Part shown: positions 51,213 to 60,295 of the stretch, in pieces
How positions within the stretch are numbered: position 1 is the stretch's first letter
Layout of the letters: the number at the start of each line of letters is the position of its first letter
From: Chloroflexota bacterium
GTDB taxonomy: Bacteria > Chloroflexota > UBA11872 > VXOZ01
Length of the DNA stretch: 64,000 bases
Direction: 5' to 3'
Assembly (NCBI GenBank): GCA_964291655.2
Contig: OZ219802.1
Location: 2,016,001-2,080,000 of the forward strand
Program-made: the position numbers and the translations under genes
Notes under the pieces: generated by a model
Seen by the model: the letters and a program-made list of their open reading frames with translations, nothing else
Databases searched by the model: none
Told to the model about the DNA's origin: nothing

Positions 51213-52829
51213 CTACCTATGGAGACCTTTGCATAACCCCACTTTCAAGCAGGGGCACTCCCTCTCCTGGGGAGGCTGTCTCAATATTTTGGTGCGGGGC
51301 ACGGTGAATGGGGTGAGAAGGACAGACAGATGGCGGGTGGTATGAACAAGACGGTGCCAGTGAGAGACTCGTCCCCGGGGCGACGCTGGACTACACCCAG
51401 ACCGCCACAGGGCGTGGAGGCTCTTGAGATTGAACGCGGTGGCCAGCAGGTGCCATTCGGACGTCACGTGGCTGCGGCCTCTGAGCAGGAAGCGCCTGGC
51501 ACTGTGCCACTCCTTGAGCAGGCCAAAGACCGGCTCGACGATGGTACTCCGGCGGCGGTACACCTGCTTGGCAGGCGCGGTGGCCATCAACTGCCTGTGC
51601 CGTTGCAGTATTGGCTCGTAGGCGCTGATCTTTATGGAGCGGCCCCTCTGGGAGGAGGTGCAGACGCCGAAGGCCGGACAGGTTCTGCAGTCCCGGCCGT
51701 TGGCTTGGTACCGCTTGACCCGGTAGCCGTTGCTGTGGGTCAAGCGGTGCGTGTAGGTGAGCACCTTTTGCTGGGGACACAGGTAGGTGTCGGTCTCTGG
51801 ACGGTAGGTGAAGTGGTCTTTATGGTAGGGGTTGCGGCGTCTGCGCTCGTGGGTCGTGGGCATCAATACCGTGTGGCCGCCGGCGTGGCACGTGGCGAGG
51901 TTGGCCCCCGAATGGTAGCCGGCGTCCGCAACGGTCACCACGTCCCGCGCGGCGTCGATGTTCTCCTGCGCCGCCTCGATCAGCGGCGCCAGGTGGGGAT
52001 GGTCGTCGGCACTGGCGCTCACGTCCACGGCTGTGATCAACCTCCCCCCTGCGCCCTCGTCCGGGGACGCAAGAGGGGAGACCAGCGCCTGGGCGTTGTA
52101 GCCGGTGATGAAGCCACCCATGCCAGTCTTGAGCAGGGCCGCGTCCGCATCAGTCAGGTTCGTGTAGCGCGGCCCGTCCTCAGCCGCGACGCGGGCGAGC
52201 GCGTCGTCCACCCGCCGCCGCAGGGCCTGGGCATCGGCAAGTTCCTGCGGCAAAGTCGCTGGCGGCGCGTCGCCCCCCGTGGCGTTCTGCGCCTCCAGGT
52301 CCGCGATCGCTTGCTCGGTGCGGGACAACAGCCGCTGCAGCCCCTGCGCGTCGTGGGTATGCCGCGTCCCGGCGTTGGCCGCGATCCTGGTGCCGTCCAC
52401 CGCCTGGATTGCCAACTCCACCAGGCCGGCTCGCACCGCCGTGCGCACCGTGCGCTTGAGCAGCGTCCGCATCCGGTCGCGGTGCGCCTTGTAGAAGCGC
52501 CACAGCGTGTTGTGGTCCGGCTGCTGCATCCCCACCAGCCACAGGTACGGTACCTGATCCCGGCAGGCTGCCTCCAGCTTGCGGCTCGAGCGCACGCCGG
52601 TCATGAAGCCGTAGACCCATACGCCCAGCAGCGCGCGCGGATGGTAGGCCCCGGCGCCACGCGGATCGCCTTGCAGGTCAATCTCCATCGCCTCCCAGGC
52701 CGCAGCATCGAGGCTGTCCACGAACGCTGCCGCAAACCTGACAGGATGGTCGTCCGGGATCAGTTCGTCCAGCGTCGGCGGCAACAGCCAGGCCTGTTCA
52801 CGACTAAACGGTCTCAACGGCATCGTCAC
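51213..52829 (-). CDS. IS1182-family transposase
   Basis: Same protein as copies 1 and 2 up to KILRQP. Confidence 0.95.
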   Translation of the reverse strand: MTMPLRPFSREQAWLLPPTLDELIPDDHPVRFAAAFVDSLDAAAWEAMEIDLQGDPRGAGAYHPRALLGVWVYGFMTGVRSSRKLEAACRDQVPYLWLVGMQQPDHNTLWRFYKAHRDRMRTLLKRTVRTAVRAGLVELAIQAVDGTRIAANAGTRHTHDAQGLQRLLSRTEQAIADLEAQNATGGDAPPATLPQELADAQALRRRVDDALARVAAEDGPRYTNLTDADAALLKTGMGGFITGYNAQALVSPLASPDEGAGGRLITAVDVSASADDHPHLAPLIEAAQENIDAARDVVTVADAGYHSGANLATCHAGGHTVLMPTTHERRRRNPYHKDHFTYRPETDTYLCPQQKVLTYTHRLTHSNGYRVKRYQANGRDCRTCPAFGVCTSSQRGRSIKISAYEPILQRHRQLMATAPAKQVYRRRSTIVEPVFGLLKEWHSARRFLLRGRSHVTSEWHLLATAFNLKSLHALWRSGCSPASPRGRVSHWHRLVHTTRHLSVLLTPFTVPRTKILRQPPQERECPCLKVGLCKGLHR

Positions 52830-52915
52830 TACCTCTCTACAAACTATCCCACCACCTCACCTTGCTTCTCTTCACACCAGTATATATCCAGTAGATCTAT
52901 TTTTGAGACACCCTC
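51272..52915 (-). mobile_element. IS1182-family element, copy 3 (1644 bp), with inverted instead of direct flanks
   Basis: Same TIRs; flanks TGGG / CCCA within 52-bp inverted repeats (51220-51271, 52916-52967). Confidence 0.95.
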
Positions 52916-53182
52916 CCCAGGAGAGGGAGTGCTCCTGCTTGAAAGTGGGGTTATGCAAAGGTCTCCACCGGCCTTACGTTGCCGGAGTTGCCCAGGGACA
53001 GCCGCCGGATGCGGCTGTCGATTCTCGTTCTGGCTTGCCTATCCCTTAGCCGTCTGAACCAGTGGGCGTAGTCCTCGGTTTGGCGAATCTCGACCACCAT
53101 CATATTGTAGGCTACAGGATACTAGCGACACAAGGTGCCTTCTGCAGAGTCATTGGCCACTACTCTGATCTGACAAGAGCAC

Positions 53183-54277
53183 TCACGCGATCACTCTCCT
53201 GCCGTGCTCCGCGGACTCGTACGCCGCTTCCACTAACTCTAAGGCACGTACGCCGTCTTCCCAGTCGGGCTTGGCGGGCGCGCCCGCAACAATTCCTTCC
53301 AAGAACGCACGCAACTGAATTTCAAACGGATCGCCCCCTTCCAGGGCCACCGGCTCCCAGCCGGTCATGGGGTCGGCCTGGAGTTGGGTGGGATCGTAGC
53401 GGAAGCCGGGCGTGTTTGCCTGGAGTTGCTGGTGCATGGCGTTGAAGCTGAATATCAGGCTGCCGTCTTTACCGTCGATCTCGAAATACGGCACCTCTTC
53501 GTGCTTGCGCCGCGCCCAGGAGACGAACACGTCGCCCAGCGCTCCGTTGGCAAAGCGCATCTGCACCGTGGCTGCGTCTTCCACTTCTGCGGAAAAGCGC
53601 TCGCCCTCCGGCGTTTCGCGTTCCGCGTAGACCGTGGTCATATCGCACGACACGCGCTCGATAGGGCCGATCATCCACCCGAGCAGATCGAAGAAGTGCG
53701 CCATCATGTCGTGCACGATGCCGCCACCGGCCTCGGCTTTCTGGTAGAACCACGCGGGGCGATTCTCCACCCGCTGCGGCACAAAATAGCCGAAGACCCC
53801 GCGCACGTGGATGATGCGGCCGAGCGCGCCGGAGGCGAGGATCTCCTTGGCTTTGGCCGGACCACCTTGGAAGCGCATGTTCTGCACGATGCCGTGGCAT
53901 ACGCCGGCCTGCCGCGCCGCGCGCAGGAGATAGCGGCCTTCTGCGGCTGTATTTGTCAAGGGCTTATCGGTGTAAACGTGCTTGCCGTTTTGAATGGCCT
54001 GCAAGAGCGGCGTGAAGTGCAAGCGGTTGACAAGGCAGTTATCAATCACGTTTAGGTCTGGGTCGTCGATGAAGCTCTCCAAATCGTTGCTCGTCTTGGC
54101 CGCGCCGCACGCCTCCGCGAGAGGCGCGACTTTCGCCGGATCCCGCCCGTAAAGTGCGACCGCAACGTTGTGCCGTTCGCCAGCGACGACGAGGCCCTGT
54201 TCTTGTATCGCACGCAGCGCCGTGCTGTGCAGTTGCGCCATGCGTCCGGTGCCGAGTACCCCGACAGTTAGGTCCAT
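53183..54277 (-). CDS. Gfo/Idh/MocA family oxidoreductase
   Basis: GVLGTGRMA, KHVYTDKP, GGGIVHDMMAHFFD. Confidence 0.93.
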   Translation of the reverse strand: MDLTVGVLGTGRMAQLHSTALRAIQEQGLVVAGERHNVAVALYGRDPAKVAPLAEACGAAKTSNDLESFIDDPDLNVIDNCLVNRLHFTPLLQAIQNGKHVYTDKPLTNTAAEGRYLLRAARQAGVCHGIVQNMRFQGGPAKAKEILASGALGRIIHVRGVFGYFVPQRVENRPAWFYQKAEAGGGIVHDMMAHFFDLLGWMIGPIERVSCDMTTVYAERETPEGERFSAEVEDAATVQMRFANGALGDVFVSWARRKHEEVPYFEIDGKDGSLIFSFNAMHQQLQANTPGFRYDPTQLQADPMTGWEPVALEGGDPFEIQLRAFLEGIVAGAPAKPDWEDGVRALELVEAAYESAEHGRRVIA

Positions 54278-54600
54278 TGGTGTGTATGCCTCCGGTTTTC
54301 AGGGAAGACGGTGTTGCAGCTCGTCTTCCGTAACACATTTTCTCTCGCGTGCTGCCCGCTCTTGCGTGCCTTTAGTATAACGAAGATGTGCGCAGGCCTA
54401 ATCCAGCTACAATGCGCGCGGCTGCCGCAGCGCCAAGACAGGTTTGCTATAGTTGCAGAAGAGGTCGGGCGGTCGTCCGCTTGCTGCCGTGCGAGACGTT
54501 GGCGTGACCCGGTACGCGGACGGGAAATCCATTTTCAGTTGAGGATCCCTCCCTACGAGACTCGGGACATGAATTGAGCGCCTCGGTTTGGGAGCAACCG

Positions 54601-54697
54601 CTAGATGCGGCGACGACGACTTGATGCGGTGGCTGAGACTCGATGCGCCGGCGGCGACTAGACGTTGCGACGACTTGATGTGGCGGCAGACAGACTC
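54601..54697. repeat. Short degenerate direct repeat
   Basis: CTAGA...CGACGACTTGATG.GG.GGC..AGACTC occurs twice, period ~55 bp. Confidence 0.55.
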
Positions 54698-54883
54698 TCA
54701 CTCACTTGATGGGAGTGGGTTGGAGCCTGCCCCGTACTTGATACGGGGGTGAGGGTGATTCCAGCCGAAGTCAGCCCGCTGCCGTCTGCATGACGAGTTT
54801 CCCGGGGAGTTCCGCGCAGAGAAGCACGAAACTCGCCGCCGGCGCGAATACAAGACATTGAATCAGTTGGTGTAGGAGCAGCT

Positions 54884-55300
54884 ATGGCGCTGTGGTTATG
54901 GATTGGCGTAGCGTTTGTTTCTTGGGGACTGGCGTCGTTCTTCGGCAAGATGGTTGCGCCGTACTTTGGTGCGCCTTATCTCGTCTGGGTGCGGAGCATT
55001 ATCACCGTTTTCATGCTCTTGCCGCTGGTGTGGGCCCAGCGCCACAACTCGATCACGATTACGCCAACCTGGCAAACCTGGGTGCTCGTCGTCCTTGTCA
55101 CGGGGTTTACGGCCAGCGCCGTGATTGGATTCTACAATGGCTTGCGTCTGGGCGACGCTTCGCTCGTGACGCCTGCCAGCGGCACGTATCCCGTGCTGAC
55201 GGCGATACTGGCCGTGGTCTTCCTCGGCGAACAGCTTTCGGTCACGCGCGCGCTCGGCATCTTATTCGCTGTGATCGGTATTTTCTTCTTGACGCGTTAG
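54884..55300 (+). CDS. Single-domain EamA/DMT membrane protein
   Basis: ~5 TM helices; GDASLVTP, FLGEQLS; AGGAG RBS. Confidence 0.88.
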   Translation: MALWLWIGVAFVSWGLASFFGKMVAPYFGAPYLVWVRSIITVFMLLPLVWAQRHNSITITPTWQTWVLVVLVTGFTASAVIGFYNGLRLGDASLVTPASGTYPVLTAILAVVFLGEQLSVTRALGILFAVIGIFFLTR

Positions 55301-55477
55301 CACCATTACCTGATGGATGGGGTAGACCCATGTGCGCCGCCCCCATGTCCTTTCCCAGAGGGAGATTCTGCAACATTGCGGATAGAGGGCCGGTGAGTGT
55401 ACCCTCCATCTTCAGCGAGAGGGCGCAGCATACGGGCCAAAGAGAACCCGGCACAGTTTCGGTCCCCTCTCCCAGGA

Positions 55478-55618
55478 GGAGACCCTTGCGTAACTCCGTC
55501 ATTCCGGCGAAAGCCGGAATCCAGAGCGCGTTTACAACAAAAAACAGCATGATGTCAAGTCATTTCACCCCCATCCCAACCTTCCCCCTCAAAGATGAAG
55601 GGCTATGCAAAGGTATCC
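55478..55618. mobile_element. Family A MITE, 141-bp form
   Basis: Homologous to 39165-39305; flanked by AGGA / AGGA after CCCTCTCCC. Confidence 0.85.
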
Positions 55619-55878
55619 AGGAAAGAGAAACCGGCACAGTTCCGGTTCCCTCTCCTGGGGGGAGAGGGTTAGAGCCTGCCCCGTTCTCGAAACGGGGGTG
55701 AGGGAGGCTACTCACCTATCGGCCTGAGTTGAACAAACGACTCTCGTTAGTGAGAAGGCGAGAGCCCGCCCCATGTGCGATACGTGGGTGATATGTGAAA
55801 CCAGCAAATTGGCAGCGCGGCATAACGTATAATTGCCGTTACAGGTCTTGCTAACGCATAAGAAGGAAACCGTAGGCT

Positions 55879-56640
55879 ATGAAGCTGGCAGATAAAGTAG
55901 CAGTCATCACCGGCGCCGGGTCCGGTATTGGGTACGAAATGGCAACGCTCTTCGCCCGGGAAGGCGCCACCATCATGGGCGCGGACGTGGACGCGGACGG
56001 CTTAGCCACCACCGCCTCAGCAGTAGAAGAGATTGGCCGCCCCATGCGCACATTCGTGGCCGACGTGACCGATCCCACCGCCGTGGAACACCTGATGGCC
56101 GAGACAGTAGAGGCTTTCGGCAGCATCGACGTCCTCTGCAACAACGCCGGCATCGGCCACGTGGGCAGCGTGCTGGAGGTCACCCCCGAGGAGTGGGACC
56201 GCGTGATGGCCGTGAACGTGCGCGGCGTCTGGCTGGGCTGCAAGTACGCCGTGCCCTACATGCTGGCGCAGGGCGGCGGCATCATCGTGAATACGGCGTC
56301 GGTGGCGGGACAGGTCGGCCTGCCCAAGCGCGCCGTCTATAGCGCGTCCAAAGGCGCGGTGATCGCCCTGACGAAACAGGTTGCCATCGAGTACGTGGCT
56401 GAGAACATCCGCGTGAACTGCGTCTGCCCGGGCACGGTGGAAACGCCGTGGGTCCAACGCCTCCTGGCAATCGAGGACGATCCGGCCGCCGCTATGGAAA
56501 ACCTCCGCCTCCGCCAACCCATGGGCCGCCTCGGCCAACCCGACGAGGTCGCCAAAGCCGCCCTCTACCTCGCCTCCGACGCCGCCGAGTTTATTACAGG
56601 CACTGAGTTAGTCATAGACGGCGGCCTTACAGCGCGGTAA
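55879..56640 (+). CDS. SDR family oxidoreductase
   Basis: TGAGSGIG, NNAG, YSASK, VIDGG. Confidence 0.95.
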   Translation: MKLADKVAVITGAGSGIGYEMATLFAREGATIMGADVDADGLATTASAVEEIGRPMRTFVADVTDPTAVEHLMAETVEAFGSIDVLCNNAGIGHVGSVLEVTPEEWDRVMAVNVRGVWLGCKYAVPYMLAQGGGIIVNTASVAGQVGLPKRAVYSASKGAVIALTKQVAIEYVAENIRVNCVCPGTVETPWVQRLLAIEDDPAAAMENLRLRQPMGRLGQPDEVAKAALYLASDAAEFITGTELVIDGGLTAR

Positions 56641-56800
56641 CGTTACTGCCGGGTACCGTTACGAGTGCAATCCCTTTTGTCCCCAGTGGGCTCCCCATGG
56701 AAACTTGACCGGGCTGCCCCTATCCCAATCCGTGGAGCACTGCGTCAATTAGATTCAATCTGTGTGGCGTAACGACTAGTGTATATGTTACACTTAGACC

Positions 56801-58366
56801 ATGGCATCAGCATCCCGTCGATCACTTCTTCAAGCACGAATTCTGCTCCGGTTGGAGCAGGGACCAGTTAAGACTGTCTCCGAGCTTGCCATAGCAGTGG
56901 GTGCACAGCGGCCTTCTGTTAGCCGTTCCCTCAAATCGCTTCGGAATGACAATCTAGTTGAACGAAAGCGCAACGGCTGGAATCTGACTCCGATGGGAGT
57001 AGATGAGGCAGAGCGGTGTAATGAGGAACTTTCCAAGTCCGTCCGAGAATTCCAGCGTGCATATAAGTCAATTGCTTTAGGCGGAGAATTAACGAAGGTC
57101 AATAGGGCCATTGCCGATTCACTAGGGAACGGCATTGCATCTAATCTATTCAAGAAACTTAAAGTAGCAACTGCCTCTGCTAATGCATTGAAAGCTAGTC
57201 AGGCCCTCACCGATTCACTAGGGAATGACATTGCATCTAACCTATTCAAGAGTCTTGAGGAAGCAACTGCCTCGGTTAAGGCCTTAGAAGCCAACAGTGC
57301 CCTTTGCGAGTTTCTCGAGATCGCCAAAGCCCCCGCCTTCTCCAAGATCCTGGAAGATGCATCTGCCACAGTTGAAATCATGAAATCCAGTACGGCCTTC
57401 AGCGAAACCCTTGGTAGGGGCGTTCTGAACAATCCCCAAGTCGACATTCTTCCTATGAGTCTTACGGGTGCCCAAGACGCGCTGTCCAATTTCCTCTCTC
57501 AGCCGAATTCGCCTGGGCTCAGTGAAGTGCTCTCCCAATCTCTAGCACCGTTGGCCGAGACTCAACTTAGGATTTCGGGCTTGTTTACCAAGTCAATGGC
57601 TCTTCCAGACACAGGATTAGTCTTGTCTCAGAGCAACGGCTTAATCGCTAGAGCTCTAGAAGATGTTGAAACCATATATTCAGCTCCCAAAATTCGTTCT
57701 CAGGGGTTTGACAGCGTTTTCTATCCCGAAGTGCTCCGTGACATTCGACAGATTGGCGCATCCATACGCTCGCTGCTCCAAGAAACTACCGAGATCGCTG
57801 CAGCAACCCACAATCCACTTGACATGCAACAAACGTGGTCAAGAATGCTCATACCTAGCTCAACTGTTGCCAACTATACACGCTCATTGCGCTCCGAACT
57901 TGAGGTCACACCTGACATTGCTATTGAGGTATTGCCGCCCCTGTCCCACCGGGAGGACCAAAGTGAACCGCTCAATCTTCTGTTAATCGAGTTAAACCCG
58001 GATCTCGCGGACAAGTGGCGGGGAAGTTGGGAGGCACTAGAAGGGTCTAACCCAGATGGATTAAGCCAAGCAGCGTTCTCGTACCGAGAGCTTATTCGGA
58101 TGGTGTTGGATGAACTTGTCCCCGAAGTTGAACTAGACCGAACCGAGCAAGGGTCGAAGCGAAAGCAGCAGGTTCGTCAATTTTTGCAGGGAAGTGAAGG
58201 GGACTTTGCTTACGTGATGATAGTAGGGCTATCCAAGCTCTATGACTTTCTTAGCAAGCCTGCACATACTAACTATCGGAACAAGCTCGCGGTACAAGCC
58301 GCCCTTATGGCAGGAGATGGACTTCTGTTGCTCCTGCTGTCTGGCAGAAGAGACTACGATGCTTAG
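56801..58366 (+). CDS. Winged-HTH protein with internal 32-aa repeats and a C-terminal domain resembling the predicted pPIWI-associating nuclease
   Basis: TVSELA...RPSVSRSLKSL HTH; 96-bp tandem repeat (57114, 57210); GSWEAL..NPD...SYRELI..VL..L.P; visibly lower GC. Confidence 0.7.
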   Translation: MASASRRSLLQARILLRLEQGPVKTVSELAIAVGAQRPSVSRSLKSLRNDNLVERKRNGWNLTPMGVDEAERCNEELSKSVREFQRAYKSIALGGELTKVNRAIADSLGNGIASNLFKKLKVATASANALKASQALTDSLGNDIASNLFKSLEEATASVKALEANSALCEFLEIAKAPAFSKILEDASATVEIMKSSTAFSETLGRGVLNNPQVDILPMSLTGAQDALSNFLSQPNSPGLSEVLSQSLAPLAETQLRISGLFTKSMALPDTGLVLSQSNGLIARALEDVETIYSAPKIRSQGFDSVFYPEVLRDIRQIGASIRSLLQETTEIAAATHNPLDMQQTWSRMLIPSSTVANYTRSLRSELEVTPDIAIEVLPPLSHREDQSEPLNLLLIELNPDLADKWRGSWEALEGSNPDGLSQAAFSYRELIRMVLDELVPEVELDRTEQGSKRKQQVRQFLQGSEGDFAYVMIVGLSKLYDFLSKPAHTNYRNKLAVQAALMAGDGLLLLLLSGRRDYDA

Positions 58367-58491
58367 TGGCAGTCCTCGACGCCTGTTCGACCAATGAATT
58401 TTCGAAAGGAATAGTCAATCGAATTGGGAGTTCAGGAGCCGCCTGACCACAGGCACATGGTTTGGCTTCAAGTCCGGGTACAAGTGCGCAG

Positions 58492-58804
58492 TCAGATTCT
58501 GGTACTAGCCAATCTTCTCTCAGCGAATGTCAACCTGTAGGAAGAGGAAACGTGACGACCGGAGCGGGTGATGGTGCGGAAGTGTTGGCCGATGGCGGTG
58601 GTGTGTGCGGGATGGCGGTTGTCGGCCCATACCTCCAAGTGAGACTCTGACGTTACGACTATTTCGGCGTGAATGCGATAGCCGGCCCACACTCCCAGGC
58701 ACGGCTGCACTTTCACAACCATGTCCTCGCTATACCGGAATTCGTCCAAGTGGTGCAATTTGAATCCGGTACTGTCCTGCCCCATCACGTGCGCGATCTC
58801 CCAA
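58492..58804 (-). pseudogene. Fragment of the 3' end of a CocE/NonD hydrolase paralog
   Basis: ESHLEVWADNRHPAHTTAIGQHFRTITRS vs ESRLEVWADNRNPANTTATGQHFRTITRS in 60296-62344. Confidence 0.8.
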
Positions 58805-58934
58805 GAGACTGCACGGGGCGGCTTTAAATGCGTTCTCTGTTTGAGCTTTAGTGTTCATTGGGTCCACCGCCCAGTGATTGAGCCAGCACGTTTTCCCGCT
58901 TGTCTAACTTTACTGCGTGTGGCTCACCGTGGCC

Positions 58935-59897
58935 TTACGCCTTACGGAATATCACACCCCCGTTGTGGCCTTTGCGGATGGCGTTGATGCGCCAGGCGAG
59001 GACCGGATGGGTTGACGTGAAGTTGACCACTCGCGCCCAATGGCTGCCTTGATCAACCGTTTCTTCGATGTGCTCCGCCAGGTCCAGGCCGTCATAGAGA
59101 TGCTTGCCCGCGGTGAGCATGAGCAGGCCTTTGCAGTCCAGGTCTTGCGCAATGGCATGGCCCACTTTATCGCAGCCATACTCTTTGGCCCGGCCCAGCG
59201 GCAGGCCGATGAGGTAGTTGATCGGGAAAGCCACATTAAAAAGAAACGTGAACATGACGTACCACCACGAAACGTGCCCCAGCCGGATGTGGCCGGCCTC
59301 GTGGCCCAGTATGAATTTCAGGCTGTCCCAGTCCTCGTTCCGTAGGCAAGTCTCCAGCAGGTCCGAGTAAATGGCGCTGAAATTCCGCGATCCCGGCACG
59401 CATCCTGCTAAGGCATTCAGGGAGCCATCGCCATTGATGGTGTAGAGATCGGGAACCTCCTCAATCCCCACTTGCCGCGTCAGGTCTTCCCACATGGCGT
59501 ATACCTCCGGAAACTGCCGCGCGGTAATGCGGACGGCGTTGGCGCGCAGCTTGCCGTATTCCCTGCCGAAGGTCCACACCACCAGCAGCATAAGGCCCAC
59601 CGGCACCAGCAGGATGATTGTGGGAGACAGATAGGTATCGAGGAATTCGAGCGTCTCCCTTTCTTCCGCGGGCAGGAGTGTCCTAATCGCTTCATCCGAC
59701 AGGTCCGCCGCCACCGGGTTGGCTTGGCGGTAGGTTGCCACGACTTCACCTGTGTACAGTGAAATTACTTCACCCCTGGCAAACGCCAACAGCAAGAAGA
59801 TAGCAAACAGCATCACGGACGCCGCTATGCACAGACCCAACAGCCACCGCTCCACCGGATGCCTGAGCTTGCCTACATCTATCAGCTGCTGTTCCAT
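58935..59897 (-). CDS. M48 (HtpX/Ste24-like) membrane Zn-metallopeptidase
   Basis: FILGHEAGH, RAKEYGCD, STHP...R; TM helices. Confidence 0.92.
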   Translation of the reverse strand: MEQQLIDVGKLRHPVERWLLGLCIAASVMLFAIFLLLAFARGEVISLYTGEVVATYRQANPVAADLSDEAIRTLLPAEERETLEFLDTYLSPTIILLVPVGLMLLVVWTFGREYGKLRANAVRITARQFPEVYAMWEDLTRQVGIEEVPDLYTINGDGSLNALAGCVPGSRNFSAIYSDLLETCLRNEDWDSLKFILGHEAGHIRLGHVSWWYVMFTFLFNVAFPINYLIGLPLGRAKEYGCDKVGHAIAQDLDCKGLLMLTAGKHLYDGLDLAEHIEETVDQGSHWARVVNFTSTHPVLAWRINAIRKGHNGGVIFRKA

Positions 59898-60295
59898 GAG
59901 CTGTCTCTCCCTGTTTCTGGATTGCGTCAGCGTGGTAACGGCTCCTCCTGTCGAGATATTGTGGTCAGATTATACCTGAACTAGAGGGTATCAATAGGTA
60001 AAGCAGATTCCCGCTTCGGCTCAAAATGAGGCGGACGGATGAAGGGAGCAGACTACCCCCGTCAAGACGTGTATTGGCGAACTCTACGTGCTAGAGCTAG
60101 ACTTCGGCGCCCACTATTGCAGTAGTCGCTCTGCCGGACAGAAGCCAGCCCTGGCGTGCAGGTACCTGCTTGAACTGAGATTCGTCTGCCCTTCAGCGTC
60201 CGGGCAACACCTGCGATTCAGTAGCCGGCTGACCTAGATTGACTGTGATGCGAGTGTATGGCAAGGGAGCTACGCGCTCACGGGTAGCTGCCTAA

